From assembly GCA_965247685.1 (NCBI GenBank), contig OZ252021.1, positions 1,248,447-1,280,446 of the forward strand: a DNA stretch of 32,000 nucleotides, written 5' to 3'. Of the stretch, positions 16,922-26,200 are shown piece after piece; the stretch's first letter is position 1, and each line of letters begins with the position of its first letter. A model generated the notes under the pieces. The model saw only the letters and a program-made list of their open reading frames with translations, had not been told where the DNA came from and did no database searches. The stretch comes from Bdellovibrionales bacterium. Its GTDB lineage: Bacteria; Bdellovibrionota; Bdellovibrionia; Bdellovibrionales; UBA1609. The position numbers and the translations under genes are program-made.

Positions 16922-17229
16922 ATACGAACTTTTTCTTTCTTCACAAAAGCAATCCACAGCCGAACAGGCTTTTGACTGTACTCGCTGAACAAATGAGAAG
17001 CTTTTTCCAGCCGCATCCTTTGTGAATGACTGAGCGGAGACTCCATTCTCCAAATGTTATCCGACTTCACCTCCACGATATAATATACTCCACACTTTTT
17101 AAAAATAAGATCGACTTCTATGCCATAAAGAAAAACATTTTGAGCCACAAACTCATACCCCAAATGTGAAAAATGTTTTAAAGCTGTCCGTTCGCAAGCC
17201 TGCCCTTTCAACTGATCTATGGATGGCAT
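16891..17229 (-). CDS. yraN: YraN-family (UPF0102) predicted endonuclease
   Basis: GQACERTALKHFSHLGYEFVAQNVFLYGIEVDLIFKK...YYIVEVKS matches the YraN pattern. It overlaps rnhB by 13 nt, the usual rnhB-yraN pairing. Confidence 0.75.
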   Translation of the reverse strand: MPSIDQLKGQACERTALKHFSHLGYEFVAQNVFLYGIEVDLIFKKCGVYYIVEVKSDNIWRMESPLSHSQRMRLEKASHLFSEYSQKPVRLWIAFVKKEKVRIYSLDGASVS

Positions 17230-17816
17230 AAGTATTCCTTCACCCCTTTAAAACTAAGACGGTGAATTTTACTTGGCCCCTTCTCCTGAATCCATTTTCT
17301 ATGTAAAGCTGTTCCGTAACCTTTGTTTTGACCTAAGTCATACCCAGGATACTCTTGGTCTAAACGATTCATCCACTCATCTCTAAAATGCTTGGCTACA
17401 ATGGATGCCGCTGCAATAGATAAAACCAAAGAATCCCCTTTAATTATAGGTATTTGCATAAATTTATTTAAGTTAGGTATTATATGTTTTCCATCTACTA
17501 AAACACTTCCTTCAAAAAGCCCTAACTTTAAAATTGCTCTTTTCATGGCAAGAAGTGAAGCTTGTAAAATATTAATCTCATCAATTTCTTCTACAGTAGC
17601 AAATCCGATTCCACATTGATGGTTTTTTTGAATTTCACTCGATAAGATTTGACGCACCTGTGGAGTGAGTGACTTAGAATCTTTGTAGGAAGAGCTTGGA
17701 TTATTTAAAACAACAGCTGCAGCACAAACAGGACCAGCCAAGCAGCCTCGACCTACTTCGTCCACCCCAATGTGGGGAGTTTTTAACTTTTTCAAATAAT
17801 TTTCATTCCATTCCAT
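17217..17816 (-). CDS. rnhB: Ribonuclease HII
   Basis: IGVDEVGRGCLAGPV, DSKSLT, SIAAASIVAK and GYG motifs. Confidence 0.9.
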   Translation of the reverse strand: MEWNENYLKKLKTPHIGVDEVGRGCLAGPVCAAAVVLNNPSSSYKDSKSLTPQVRQILSSEIQKNHQCGIGFATVEEIDEINILQASLLAMKRAILKLGLFEGSVLVDGKHIIPNLNKFMQIPIIKGDSLVLSIAAASIVAKHFRDEWMNRLDQEYPGYDLGQNKGYGTALHRKWIQEKGPSKIHRLSFKGVKEYLCHP

Positions 17817-17883
17817 CTATAAAGTCCTGATTTTAAAATCTAGTCTGTCTCATTCCTACCTATACCTATCATAATGAGAGGAA

Positions 17884-18273
17884 ATGAAAACTCAAATTAC
17901 AGAAAATGATGATATTCTGATATTTCGGCTACAGGGAATTGCAGATATTGAAGACTTTATCTCTTTAGAAGAAACTTGTAAAAAATACTGCAATAAAAGA
18001 AAAGTCATCTTTAATCTTGCAGAGCTTAATTTTGTGGGCACTTCAGGGTTGAATAGTTTAATGCAAATTATGTCTCATCTGACTCAAACATCAAAGCTTA
18101 AAGTTTGTAGTGTAGGTAAAGAGTTCAAACGTGTTTTTGATTCCACTCAACTAAGTCAACTCACCTTTTACGAAAATGAAACCTCTGCTCAAAATGCTTT
18201 TATAGAGAATCCAGCTGACACGCCTTCTTCTCCTCAGGAGTCAAAGTCGTCCACCAGTGATGAGCCTTTTTAA
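17884..18273 (+). CDS. STAS-domain protein (SpoIIAA-like anti-sigma-factor antagonist)
   Basis: The pattern ...LIFRLQG.....FNLAELNFVGTSGLNSLMQ... fits a STAS domain. The P/S-rich C-terminal tail runs 74 nt into the convergent trmD, so the exact 3' end is uncertain. Confidence 0.6.
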   Translation: MKTQITENDDILIFRLQGIADIEDFISLEETCKKYCNKRKVIFNLAELNFVGTSGLNSLMQIMSHLTQTSKLKVCSVGKEFKRVFDSTQLSQLTFYENETSAQNAFIENPADTPSSPQESKSSTSDEPF

Positions 18274-18964
18274 AGTCTTCGCTCATTTCCTCTGAAATTA
18301 AATCAGGCCGCAACAAAGAAGTTCTTAATAAAGAAAGATAGTACCTTATTTTTTCTATCTCCTTATGATGCCCTGAAAAAAATACATCAGGAATTTTATA
18401 GCCCATAATATCACGAGGACGAGTCCATTGAGGAAACTCCAGCAGCCCATATCCTTCAAAGCTTTCTTGATCCATGGATTCCTCATGACCTAAAACACCA
18501 GGAACAAAACGCAAAATAGATTCCATAACAACAAGAGCAGCCAACTCCCCTCCACTCAAAACATAGTCTCCTAGTGAGATTTCCTCATCGATATAACGAT
18601 GAATCCAACGGTTGTCTATCCCCGCATACCGGCCGCAGACAAACGAGAGAGGCTCTGTGAGATTAGACAATTGACGGGCTCTTTGATGATTCCATACTGA
18701 GCCATGAGGAGACAGAAAAACCACCCGCCCCTTTTCTTTAATAGAAAGAAGGGCGTCTTTTAAAGGCTCATAGGACATCACCATTCCATCTCCACCACCA
18801 AAGGGACGATCATCGACTGAACCATGTGGATCCTTTGCAAAATCTCTAATATTTACCAGATGAAGATGAAATAAACCTTTGCGGTAAGCACCCCTTAAAA
18901 CCCCTGTTTTAAGGTACTCTTGAAAGATTTGTGGAAACAAAGTTAATACATTAATTGTTTTCAC
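18200..18964 (-). CDS. trmD: tRNA (guanine37-N1)-methyltransferase
   Basis: VLTLFPQIF, DDRPFGGGDGMVM, CGRYAGIDNR and SLGDYVLSGGELAALV. Confidence 0.92.
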   Translation of the reverse strand: MKTINVLTLFPQIFQEYLKTGVLRGAYRKGLFHLHLVNIRDFAKDPHGSVDDRPFGGGDGMVMSYEPLKDALLSIKEKGRVVFLSPHGSVWNHQRARQLSNLTEPLSFVCGRYAGIDNRWIHRYIDEEISLGDYVLSGGELAALVVMESILRFVPGVLGHEESMDQESFEGYGLLEFPQWTRPRDIMGYKIPDVFFSGHHKEIEKIRYYLSLLRTSLLRPDLISEEMSEDFKKAHHWWTTLTPEEKKACQLDSL

Positions 18965-19020
18965 CGCAAACTCCCATGTCGAAAAAATGATACAATGAAC
19001 AAAAACTTTTTATAAAGCGA

Positions 19021-19569
19021 TTAATCCACACCTGGAAAAAAATCCGGCAAATTTAAAATCAGTTGTTTATTTTCTTTATCGATCTTCTCAATATAATCAG
19101 AAATAAAAGGAATCTCTATCTTTTTTTCTCCCTTTTCAACAACCATTAAATCCTGATGACTATGAGATTGAAAATGAGAAATCACCCCTAAATTTTCAAG
19201 TGTATCTCCTCGAAATACCTCAAAACCCAAAAACCAAAACAGATAAGAGGAATCAAAATCTCCATCTTGCGTATTAAAATAAACCAACATTCCAATCAAA
19301 TTCTCAGCACTTTCACGGTCGTTCGAACCTTTTAACTTCACCAAGGCCCCTTTTTTGAAAGGACGAACCTTCTCTACTTCACAGCTTTCTAAAGAAGAAT
19401 CTTCACTCAGATAAAAGTGAGAAACAGACTGTGAACGTCGTAAATAAATTTGAGGAGGAAAAGAGTCTAAAAACTCTCCAGAAATATCCAAATGAAGCTC
19501 CACCTCTCCACTCAAAGCATGAGCAGAGCGAATAAAGCCTAATCGAATATACTTAATTTTCGTCGTCAA
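19021..19569 (-). CDS. rimM: 16S rRNA processing protein RimM
   Basis: An N-terminal GFIRSAHALSGEVEL block and a PRC-barrel-like C-terminus. It sits between the KH gene and trmD, as in the conserved operon. Confidence 0.85.
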   Translation of the reverse strand: MTTKIKYIRLGFIRSAHALSGEVELHLDISGEFLDSFPPQIYLRRSQSVSHFYLSEDSSLESCEVEKVRPFKKGALVKLKGSNDRESAENLIGMLVYFNTQDGDFDSSYLFWFLGFEVFRGDTLENLGVISHFQSHSHQDLMVVEKGEKKIEIPFISDYIEKIDKENKQLILNLPDFFPGVD

Positions 19570-19804
19570 TGATCTGGAAGCTGCAACGTTGTTTTCTTTT
19601 AGCTCCGCAAGAATTTACAATAACACGTAAAGCTTCGATAGTTCGGCCGCTTCGACCGATAACCTTACCCATATCACTTTTTGCAACACGAGCTTCGTAT
19701 ATAGTAATTTTTTCACCTTTAGTTTCTGAAACTTCGACTTTGTCGGGTTCATCTACCAAAGCTTTAATTAACATTGAAACAATTTCAGTCATACTCATTT
19801 CCAT
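19553..19804 (-). CDS. KH-domain RNA-binding protein (UPF0109/YlqC family)
   Basis: LIKALVDEPDKVEV...GKVIGRSGRTIEALRVIV. AAGGAG lies 6 nt upstream of ATG 19804. It is located between rpsP and rimM. Confidence 0.85.
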   Translation of the reverse strand: MEMSMTEIVSMLIKALVDEPDKVEVSETKGEKITIYEARVAKSDMGKVIGRSGRTIEALRVIVNSCGAKRKQRCSFQIIDDEN

Positions 19805-19822
19805 TTTTCTCTCCTTTTCTTA

Positions 19823-20050
19823 TCACAAATTTTTATACAAATTTTTCACACGTAAACTCGGTTGAGCACCTTGACTCATCCAATAGTCATAGCGATCTTT
19901 ACTTATAATAAATGAATCTTTTTTAAATGGATTGTAGTGACCAATAATTTCTATGAACTTACCAGACACTGAACGACGAGAATCCGCAACAGCCACTCTA
20001 TAAACAGGGTTACGTTTCACCCCAACACGCTTCAGTCGAATCATTACCAT
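19823..20050 (-). CDS. rpsP: 30S ribosomal protein S16
   Basis: MVMIRLKRVGVKRNPVYRVAVADSRRSVSGKFIEIIGHYNP is canonical S16. Confidence 0.93.
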   Translation of the reverse strand: MVMIRLKRVGVKRNPVYRVAVADSRRSVSGKFIEIIGHYNPFKKDSFIISKDRYDYWMSQGAQPSLRVKNLYKNL

Positions 20051-20244
20051 TTTACAAATACCACGTAGTACAAAAAAACACAGTCACTCTCCCCTATTCT
20101 ATACTATAGTTCCTTGAAATAAAAAAGATTTTTCTAAGATAATTCTAAGATAAATAGAGGAATAAAACGATAAAAGGCTCCTCCTCCAGCTCAATCAGAA
20201 AGATAAAACTAACTTAAAATCCTTTTTTTTGACCAATTCTACTG

Positions 20245-20263
20245 GAAAATGATAATTGTTTTC
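20245..20263 (+). promoter_or_regulatory. Fur-box-like operator upstream of fur (probable autoregulation)
   Basis: gaaaatgataattgttttc matches the classical 19-bp Fur box GATAATGATAATCATTATC at 15 of 19 positions. It abuts the candidate -35 of the fur promoter. Confidence 0.5.
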
Positions 20264-20264
20264 A

Positions 20265-20293
20265 TTTACAGCCATTCTATTTTTCTCTATAAT
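20265..20293 (+). promoter_or_regulatory. Candidate sigma70 promoter of fur
   Basis: TTTACA (20265-20270), a 17-nt spacer, then TATAAT (20288-20293), 28 nt upstream of ATG 20322. An alternative is TTGACC (20229-20234), 17 nt, ATAATT (20252-20257), which overlaps the Fur box. Confidence 0.45.
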
Positions 20294-20321
20294 GCTCTTT
20301 ATTTAAACAAGAAAGTACAAA

Positions 20322-20819
20322 ATGACAAAAAAAGAAAGCTCCCTGCCTTCTGGGGTCACAGTACGAGATGAGCTCATCAAGCCTCGCCCTAGCTTTAAAG
20401 AGAGCTACTTTAAACCCCTGCTTCAACAATTCGATTTAAAAATCACCAGTCAAAGGCTTGCTGTTTTAAAAGCTCTCAGCAGTGGAGCTAAAACGCATCT
20501 AACTACACGAGAAATTTTTGAAAAAGTTGTAAAAACTCATCCAGATATCGGTTTTGCAACTATTTATCGCTTTATTAAAACGATTACCGAAAAGGGCATT
20601 CTTTCAAAGTTGAAAATGAACAACACTTCTGCCCGTTACGAGCTGAAAACAGAAAATCATCACCACCATATTACTTGCGTTCATTGTGGAAAAATTGTGG
20701 AATTCCAAAATAATGAAATGGAAAATCTTATCCATAACATTACCAAAAAAAACAAGTTCTCACTTCAACACCATATTATTGAAATCTACGGAGAATGCGG
20801 AAGAAAAACCTGCAACTGA
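20322..20819 (+). CDS. fur: Fur-family transcriptional regulator (metal specificity not assignable)
   Basis: A winged-helix segment (ITSQRLAVLKAL...HLTTREIFEKV...ATIYRFIK) and the metal site HHHHITCVHCGKIVEF, plus C-terminal cysteines. Confidence 0.85.
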   Translation: MTKKESSLPSGVTVRDELIKPRPSFKESYFKPLLQQFDLKITSQRLAVLKALSSGAKTHLTTREIFEKVVKTHPDIGFATIYRFIKTITEKGILSKLKMNNTSARYELKTENHHHHITCVHCGKIVEFQNNEMENLIHNITKKNKFSLQHHIIEIYGECGRKTCN

Positions 20820-20824
20820 TAGCG

Positions 20825-21145
20825 TTAATTGTATTCTTGGTCTCTAAAACTTAATTCCTGAAAACGCTCTTCTAACTCTCTATAGTCGCCTCGGCTTTCA
20901 GCACAAAAATAAATGGAATTAGATTCCTGCTCTAGACATATACCGTAAATATCAATCTCTCTATTCTGATCAAGGTTTTCCACTTCCCTCAAAAATTCAG
21001 TAGCTTCATCGCCCACTCGAACTTGAACCAAATATTGATCACGACCTTTATCTTCACAACCGCATTGAAGCTCCAGCTTTTCATTGCAATGAACCAAAAA
21101 CAATGTTGAAAAAGCAAACAACAAAAACTGCCCCACCCTCTTCAT
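20825..21145 (-). CDS. Small secreted Cys-rich hypothetical protein
   Basis: N-terminal signal sequence MKRVGQFLLFAFSTLFLVHC and six cysteines. No recognisable family. Confidence 0.5.
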   Translation of the reverse strand: MKRVGQFLLFAFSTLFLVHCNEKLELQCGCEDKGRDQYLVQVRVGDEATEFLREVENLDQNREIDIYGICLEQESNSIYFCAESRGDYRELEERFQELSFRDQEYN

Positions 21146-21313
21146 TTTAACAACTCCTGAACGACATTATTATATATACATTTTATTCTAGAGGTATATC
21201 TTCGTGTCAATAAACACTCCGCTTCATTATTCAAAATACTTAAAAAAAAAGCCCTATCCTAGACTTTTTATAAGTCTCAGTGATGAATACTTATACACTT
21301 GAAGGAAGATGGG

Positions 21314-21781
21314 TTAGCGAGATTGAATACGCACTTTCATTTGAATTTTAGAAAGAAGCTGAATCGCCATTTTTTCATGCACACGACACATCTTTAATTC
21401 GTCTTTCCTATAAGCACGTTGACTAGGAGTTAAAGATCCCGTTTCTAACTCCATTTCATAATCCAGTTTACTTGCCCGAATACCTTCCAGTTCTTTAGTT
21501 TGCTGTTTGAAAAGCTTATTCACTTTGTGAAAAGGAGCAATGTCGAGCCAATCCCTTTTAGCTTTATACCATGATAACTTCTTACGAAAACGGGCTTTAT
21601 TTTTAGCTAAGTGAAATTCAGGATAGGCAGATTCTTTAAGATCGAGTATTTCTTTAATACCACTGAGACGAACCATATCCTCTTCTTGCATGACAGAATT
21701 ATAAGAAGACTCAACAATATTCTCTTTGGAATTTTCTACATTTCCGTCTTGGCTATTGAGAGTATTTGAGGTTTCTTCCAC
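21314..21781 (-). CDS. Hypothetical protein
   Basis: A 155-codon ORF with a GTG start (an internal ATG is also possible). It has a charged helical composition and no motif. Confidence 0.4.
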   Translation of the reverse strand: MEETSNTLNSQDGNVENSKENIVESSYNSVMQEEDMVRLSGIKEILDLKESAYPEFHLAKNKARFRKKLSWYKAKRDWLDIAPFHKVNKLFKQQTKELEGIRASKLDYEMELETGSLTPSQRAYRKDELKMCRVHEKMAIQLLSKIQMKVRIQSR

Positions 21782-21974
21782 TTTTTCACCACCATTTCTG
21801 AAACAGAGCCTTCAAAAAAAATGAAGCCTTAGGAAAGCTTCTAGTAACAAAATTAATCACTTCATGTCAAGCTGTGAAATAAAATATCAAGAATTAGACC
21901 TGATTTAGTCAGAATTTTAAATCATTTTGAAAACTTAGTACCTTTTTAATGAAAAGTTTATCTATAATGGGCCT

Positions 21975-23279
21975 ATGTTTCTAGGAAAATTAAAAAGTTG
22001 GGGAATCCTTGTTGGCCTTGTAGTGGGCTCTCTTGTGGGCTACCTTTTAAAACTTTTTGAAACGGCTCCTGCAGCTACTTGGATAGTTAAAAATATTTTT
22101 GATCCTGTAGGTATAGCTTTTCTTTATTCTCTTTTTATGATCGTAGTTCCACTGGTGTTTAGCTCACTCGCTTTAGGAGTCTTTAATTTAGGCGACACTC
22201 AAACGCTTAAAAAAATGGGAGTCCGAGTTATTTTATTTTATTTGTGTACAACCTTTTGTGCTATCCTCATAGGTCAGCTCTTGATCAATTCTTTTAGACC
22301 TGGAGTTGGTCTGGATCCCGTAGTCGTAGAGACCGCAATGGCGGGTATGGAATCTAAAGTTAATGATCTACAAAAGGCAGGCTCTTCTTTTGGGGAATCT
22401 TTATGGCCCGGCTTTGTAACCGTCATTATTCCAAAAAATGTGATCAAAGAATTTGGAAACACCAATATGCTCGCTGTGATTTTTGTCTCTATGCTTTTTG
22501 GCATCACCATGATGTACATGAGAAATAAAGAAGCCTTGGTCACTTTAAAAAATGCTTTAGAGGGAATCACAGAGATCACCATTCAAATTGTAGAATGGAT
22601 TATGGTTTTGGCTCCCATTGCCGTAGGAGCTTTAATGGCTTCTGCAGTTTTTGGATTCGGTCTGGATATTATGGGAACGGTGATTAAATACTTAGCTGTC
22701 GTTTTCCTAGGTTACATCATTCATTTCTTCCTTGTTTATGGATCGATTATTAAATTTATTATTAAAGTTTCACCTGAAGAATTTTACAAAAGAGCTAGTG
22801 TGATCTTTATGACGGCATTTAGTACCAGTTCCAGCAGCGGAACTATGCCTGTAACAATGGATGTTTTACAAAATAATTTCGGAGTCCCTTCAAAAATTAC
22901 GAGTTTTACCATTCCTATTGGAGTCACCTTCAATATGGACGGAACAGCATTGTTTGAAGTGATCGCTGCGATATTTGTTGCTCAAGTTTTTGGTATCGAT
23001 ATTACATTGGGTGGACAAATCACTTTGATTGCACTCGTCTTGGTGACTTCTATTGGTGTTGCAGGAGTTCCTGGAGGATCTATCCCTATCTTGATGGCCG
23101 CTATGGCTTCTATGGGTATTCCTCCGCAAGGAATTGCTCTTATCTTGGGAGTGGATCGACTGCTGGATATGGGGCGAACAGTATTGAATGTCGCAGGAGA
23201 CACAGTAGCCACCTTATTTGTTGCAAAAAAATCTGGAATCAACATTCAGGAGTACTTTGATAAGAACCCCGACGTATAA
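21975..23279 (+). CDS. Dicarboxylate/amino acid:cation symporter (DAACS, GltP-like)
   Basis: The family motifs FSTSSSSGTMPVTM and VAGVPGGSIPILM...GVDRLLDMGRTVLNVAGD, with about 8 TM helices plus re-entrant loops. Confidence 0.88.
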   Translation: MFLGKLKSWGILVGLVVGSLVGYLLKLFETAPAATWIVKNIFDPVGIAFLYSLFMIVVPLVFSSLALGVFNLGDTQTLKKMGVRVILFYLCTTFCAILIGQLLINSFRPGVGLDPVVVETAMAGMESKVNDLQKAGSSFGESLWPGFVTVIIPKNVIKEFGNTNMLAVIFVSMLFGITMMYMRNKEALVTLKNALEGITEITIQIVEWIMVLAPIAVGALMASAVFGFGLDIMGTVIKYLAVVFLGYIIHFFLVYGSIIKFIIKVSPEEFYKRASVIFMTAFSTSSSSGTMPVTMDVLQNNFGVPSKITSFTIPIGVTFNMDGTALFEVIAAIFVAQVFGIDITLGGQITLIALVLVTSIGVAGVPGGSIPILMAAMASMGIPPQGIALILGVDRLLDMGRTVLNVAGDTVATLFVAKKSGINIQEYFDKNPDV

Positions 23280-23296
23280 TACAAACTGGTTGATTC

Positions 23297-26200
23297 ATGT
23301 TCCGTACCACTATCCTTGTTAAGATTTTACTCGCTCTTGTCTGTTTTTCTCAAGTAAGCTTCGCTACTCCTCCCGGAGATAACGACTACTATATTTTAAA
23401 ATACCCAACTTATCGTTTAATCTTTGATAAACAGTATCTCCCCTATATTGAGGATCTGAATGAAAGAATTGAATACTACATAGAAAAGTTTCAAAAAATA
23501 CACATTCAGCCTATAAATAGAAACTTTACAATCATTTTATCTTCACCTCAAGAGCAAGTATCTAATGCTCTTGCAACGGTATTTCCCTTTATACAACTTC
23601 AGATCTTTCCTTCAGGAGTAGAAAATTTAAATCCACTGGCTTCTCATTTATGGTTTGATTTTACATTTATTCATGAACTCAATCATCTTTTCCAATTAAA
23701 CTACACTCTTTTTCCAAAATCTTTAAAAATTAAACAGTCTATTTTTGAATTTCTTTTCCCTTATCCCAACTTTCTTCTTCCCACCCTATTTACGGAAGGA
23801 GATGCCGTCTTTAAAGAATCTCTTTGGGGAATCGGCGGTCGGCTTTATAGTGGCGAAGCTCGTGCCCTTGTTTACTCTCAAATCAAACATTACAAAAATA
23901 AACCTCGAAAACTAGCTAAAAAACTTATCAATAATCAAGTTTACCCTAATACTCGCCAAATAAAATACTTTCATGGAGGTTATCTTTTTACAGCTCTCAG
24001 TCAAAATTTTTCTCATAAAAAAATCAATGAGTTTTTTAAACGAAGTGGAGAGAGCTTTTTTTCTCTTTCAACATTCAATCACTCTTTACAAAAAACTTTT
24101 CAAATGAATGTTATGGATTTGATAAAATTCTATATTCGAACATTTGCAACTAAGGCTGTTCAACAACAATCCGACTCGACAGCTCCTCTTTTTAAAAGTG
24201 CCATCTGTCCTGAGATCAATCGCTTTGAGAATAAAATACTATTGCTCACTACGAATCTTAAATCCACACCTAAACTTCGTATTTACAACGTTCGACTTAA
24301 AGAGTGGAACACAAAAACAATAGATATTCCTTTAGGAAAGGTCTTTTATTTAGAAGACCGCTACTATGCTCGATCCACACAAGCTGTAGAACCACATAGA
24401 ATGGCTTATTCTGTATTTTCAAATGGACTGAAGCCTCACCCTCAAATTCAATCGCAGTTTGTTCAAGATATTTTTAAAGAAAATATTTTATCTATTGATA
24501 CAACAAACAACATCATAGACTATAAACTTTTACTGAATAATAAGTTTTACGACAACACTCACTCTAACGCTCTTTTTGATTCTCAAAAAAACATTTACTA
24601 CTTTAAGCAAAACAAAAATAAAAGAATATTATATAAAAATAAAAAACCTGTATTTGCCTACTTTGGCCACTATGGAAAACTCGTCGACATTAGACAGGAT
24701 GGCTCGATCTATTTTATCGCTCCAACAACTTACGGTTCTTCTGTTTACAAATACTCAAACGGTCAAGTGACCCGAAGTCTTTCATCAGACACTGTAATAC
24801 AAGCTAAAACAATCAATGATCAAGAGATCGTAATTTGTGAAGTTATTCACAATGGTTATGTTTATAAAAAAACTACCATCGAAGAGATCAAAGGACAGCC
24901 TGCTGTCTACCGCTACCCTTTTGAAACTATCCCTTATTTTCAAAAATCTAAAACTCCTTTGCAACCAAGAAGATCTCCCGCTCCTCAAAAAACTTATATT
25001 CCACCAAAAAAATCTCAAATTTCTGCACTTGTTAAGGATGAATATAATGAACTGACTCCATCTGACTTAGATGAAATTTTAAAAGACCTTAGTGATTCTT
25101 CTCATTATCGATCTTTAGATTCTACTGAGGAAGAAACGGATTTTTTACTCACTGCTCAAACACTCAAGGCTAAAAAATACTCAGCTCTCGGAAACACAAG
25201 ATTAAGTCAATGGATTCCTCTTATATTTAATATATCTAGTTTATGGACTCAAAAAGGTTTATATTGGTATTCCCAATTAATCTTCAAAGATGATTTAAGC
25301 CAAAACAATTTGAATCTATCCGTCAGCAGTCACTCTTGGATAAATTATCAAGTGTCTGCAGAGTACTTTAACCGTGTTTATCCACTGCAATGGAGTTTAG
25401 GTTATCATTTTGGATTCTTAAACACAAATCACCCTAATTCAGAAGATTTTTTGCGAAGATACCCTCTCATTCAACATCGAGTCTCTTGGACTGGCATCTA
25501 CACTCTTTTTCAAAAAGGAAGATGGAGATCCAGCATTTCATCTGAAAAATCTTTTAAATTTAATCGAATGCACACAACCCATCATTTGATCGTTGATTTG
25601 CTCTCCAAAAATAAGACTCAATCATTGGCTCTTGCCATCCCTATTGATGGAACACTTGACCACTTTTCTTTCGGTTGGAAACCGACATGGCATTTAACCT
25701 ACAATCAAGTTTACTCTCTTAATACTTTTGCAAATAAAAGATTAATTTTACATCTTTCACCTCACTACATGAATTACTTTTCTTCAGAAAAGGGTCTGAT
25801 TCATGTATTCAATACGGAAATTCACTTAGATTCCATTTTGCATTTGGGATACGAGTTCTACATCAACCCTTCTGTAAAATACTTAGCGGCTTGGATTCAT
25901 GACACCATTCTTTTTAATGAAAACCTTTTTCCTATATGGAAAGATTTTAAAGATACTGGATTAATGATTCAAATCCCCCACATTGGAACAAAATCCAACA
26001 TTCAATACCCATTAGAAATTTCTGGAAAAAGACTGCTTTCCTTAGGTATGAACTTTTTAAAATCAATTCATACTCCTATTTATTCTACAACCATGCCGCT
26101 TTCTTTAAGACGAGTGATCCCTAGTATAAACTTTGAGTATTGGATTATTGATAGACCTAAGGCACGTCAAAAAAACCTTGTAGCTCAGTTATCTCAAGTC

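Noticed and set aside
22274-23245. Minus-strand ORFs nested in the DAACS symporter gene (22274-22582, 22890-23129, 22982-23245)
   Set aside because: The plus-strand ORF carries unambiguous family motifs. The nested ORFs are antisense artefacts of a GC-skewed membrane-protein gene.
24576-25055. Short ORFs inside the 1022-aa gene (24576-24770 +, 24785-25018 -, 24837-25055 +)
   Set aside because: They are out of frame or antisense within a continuous 3-kb ORF and have no independent support.
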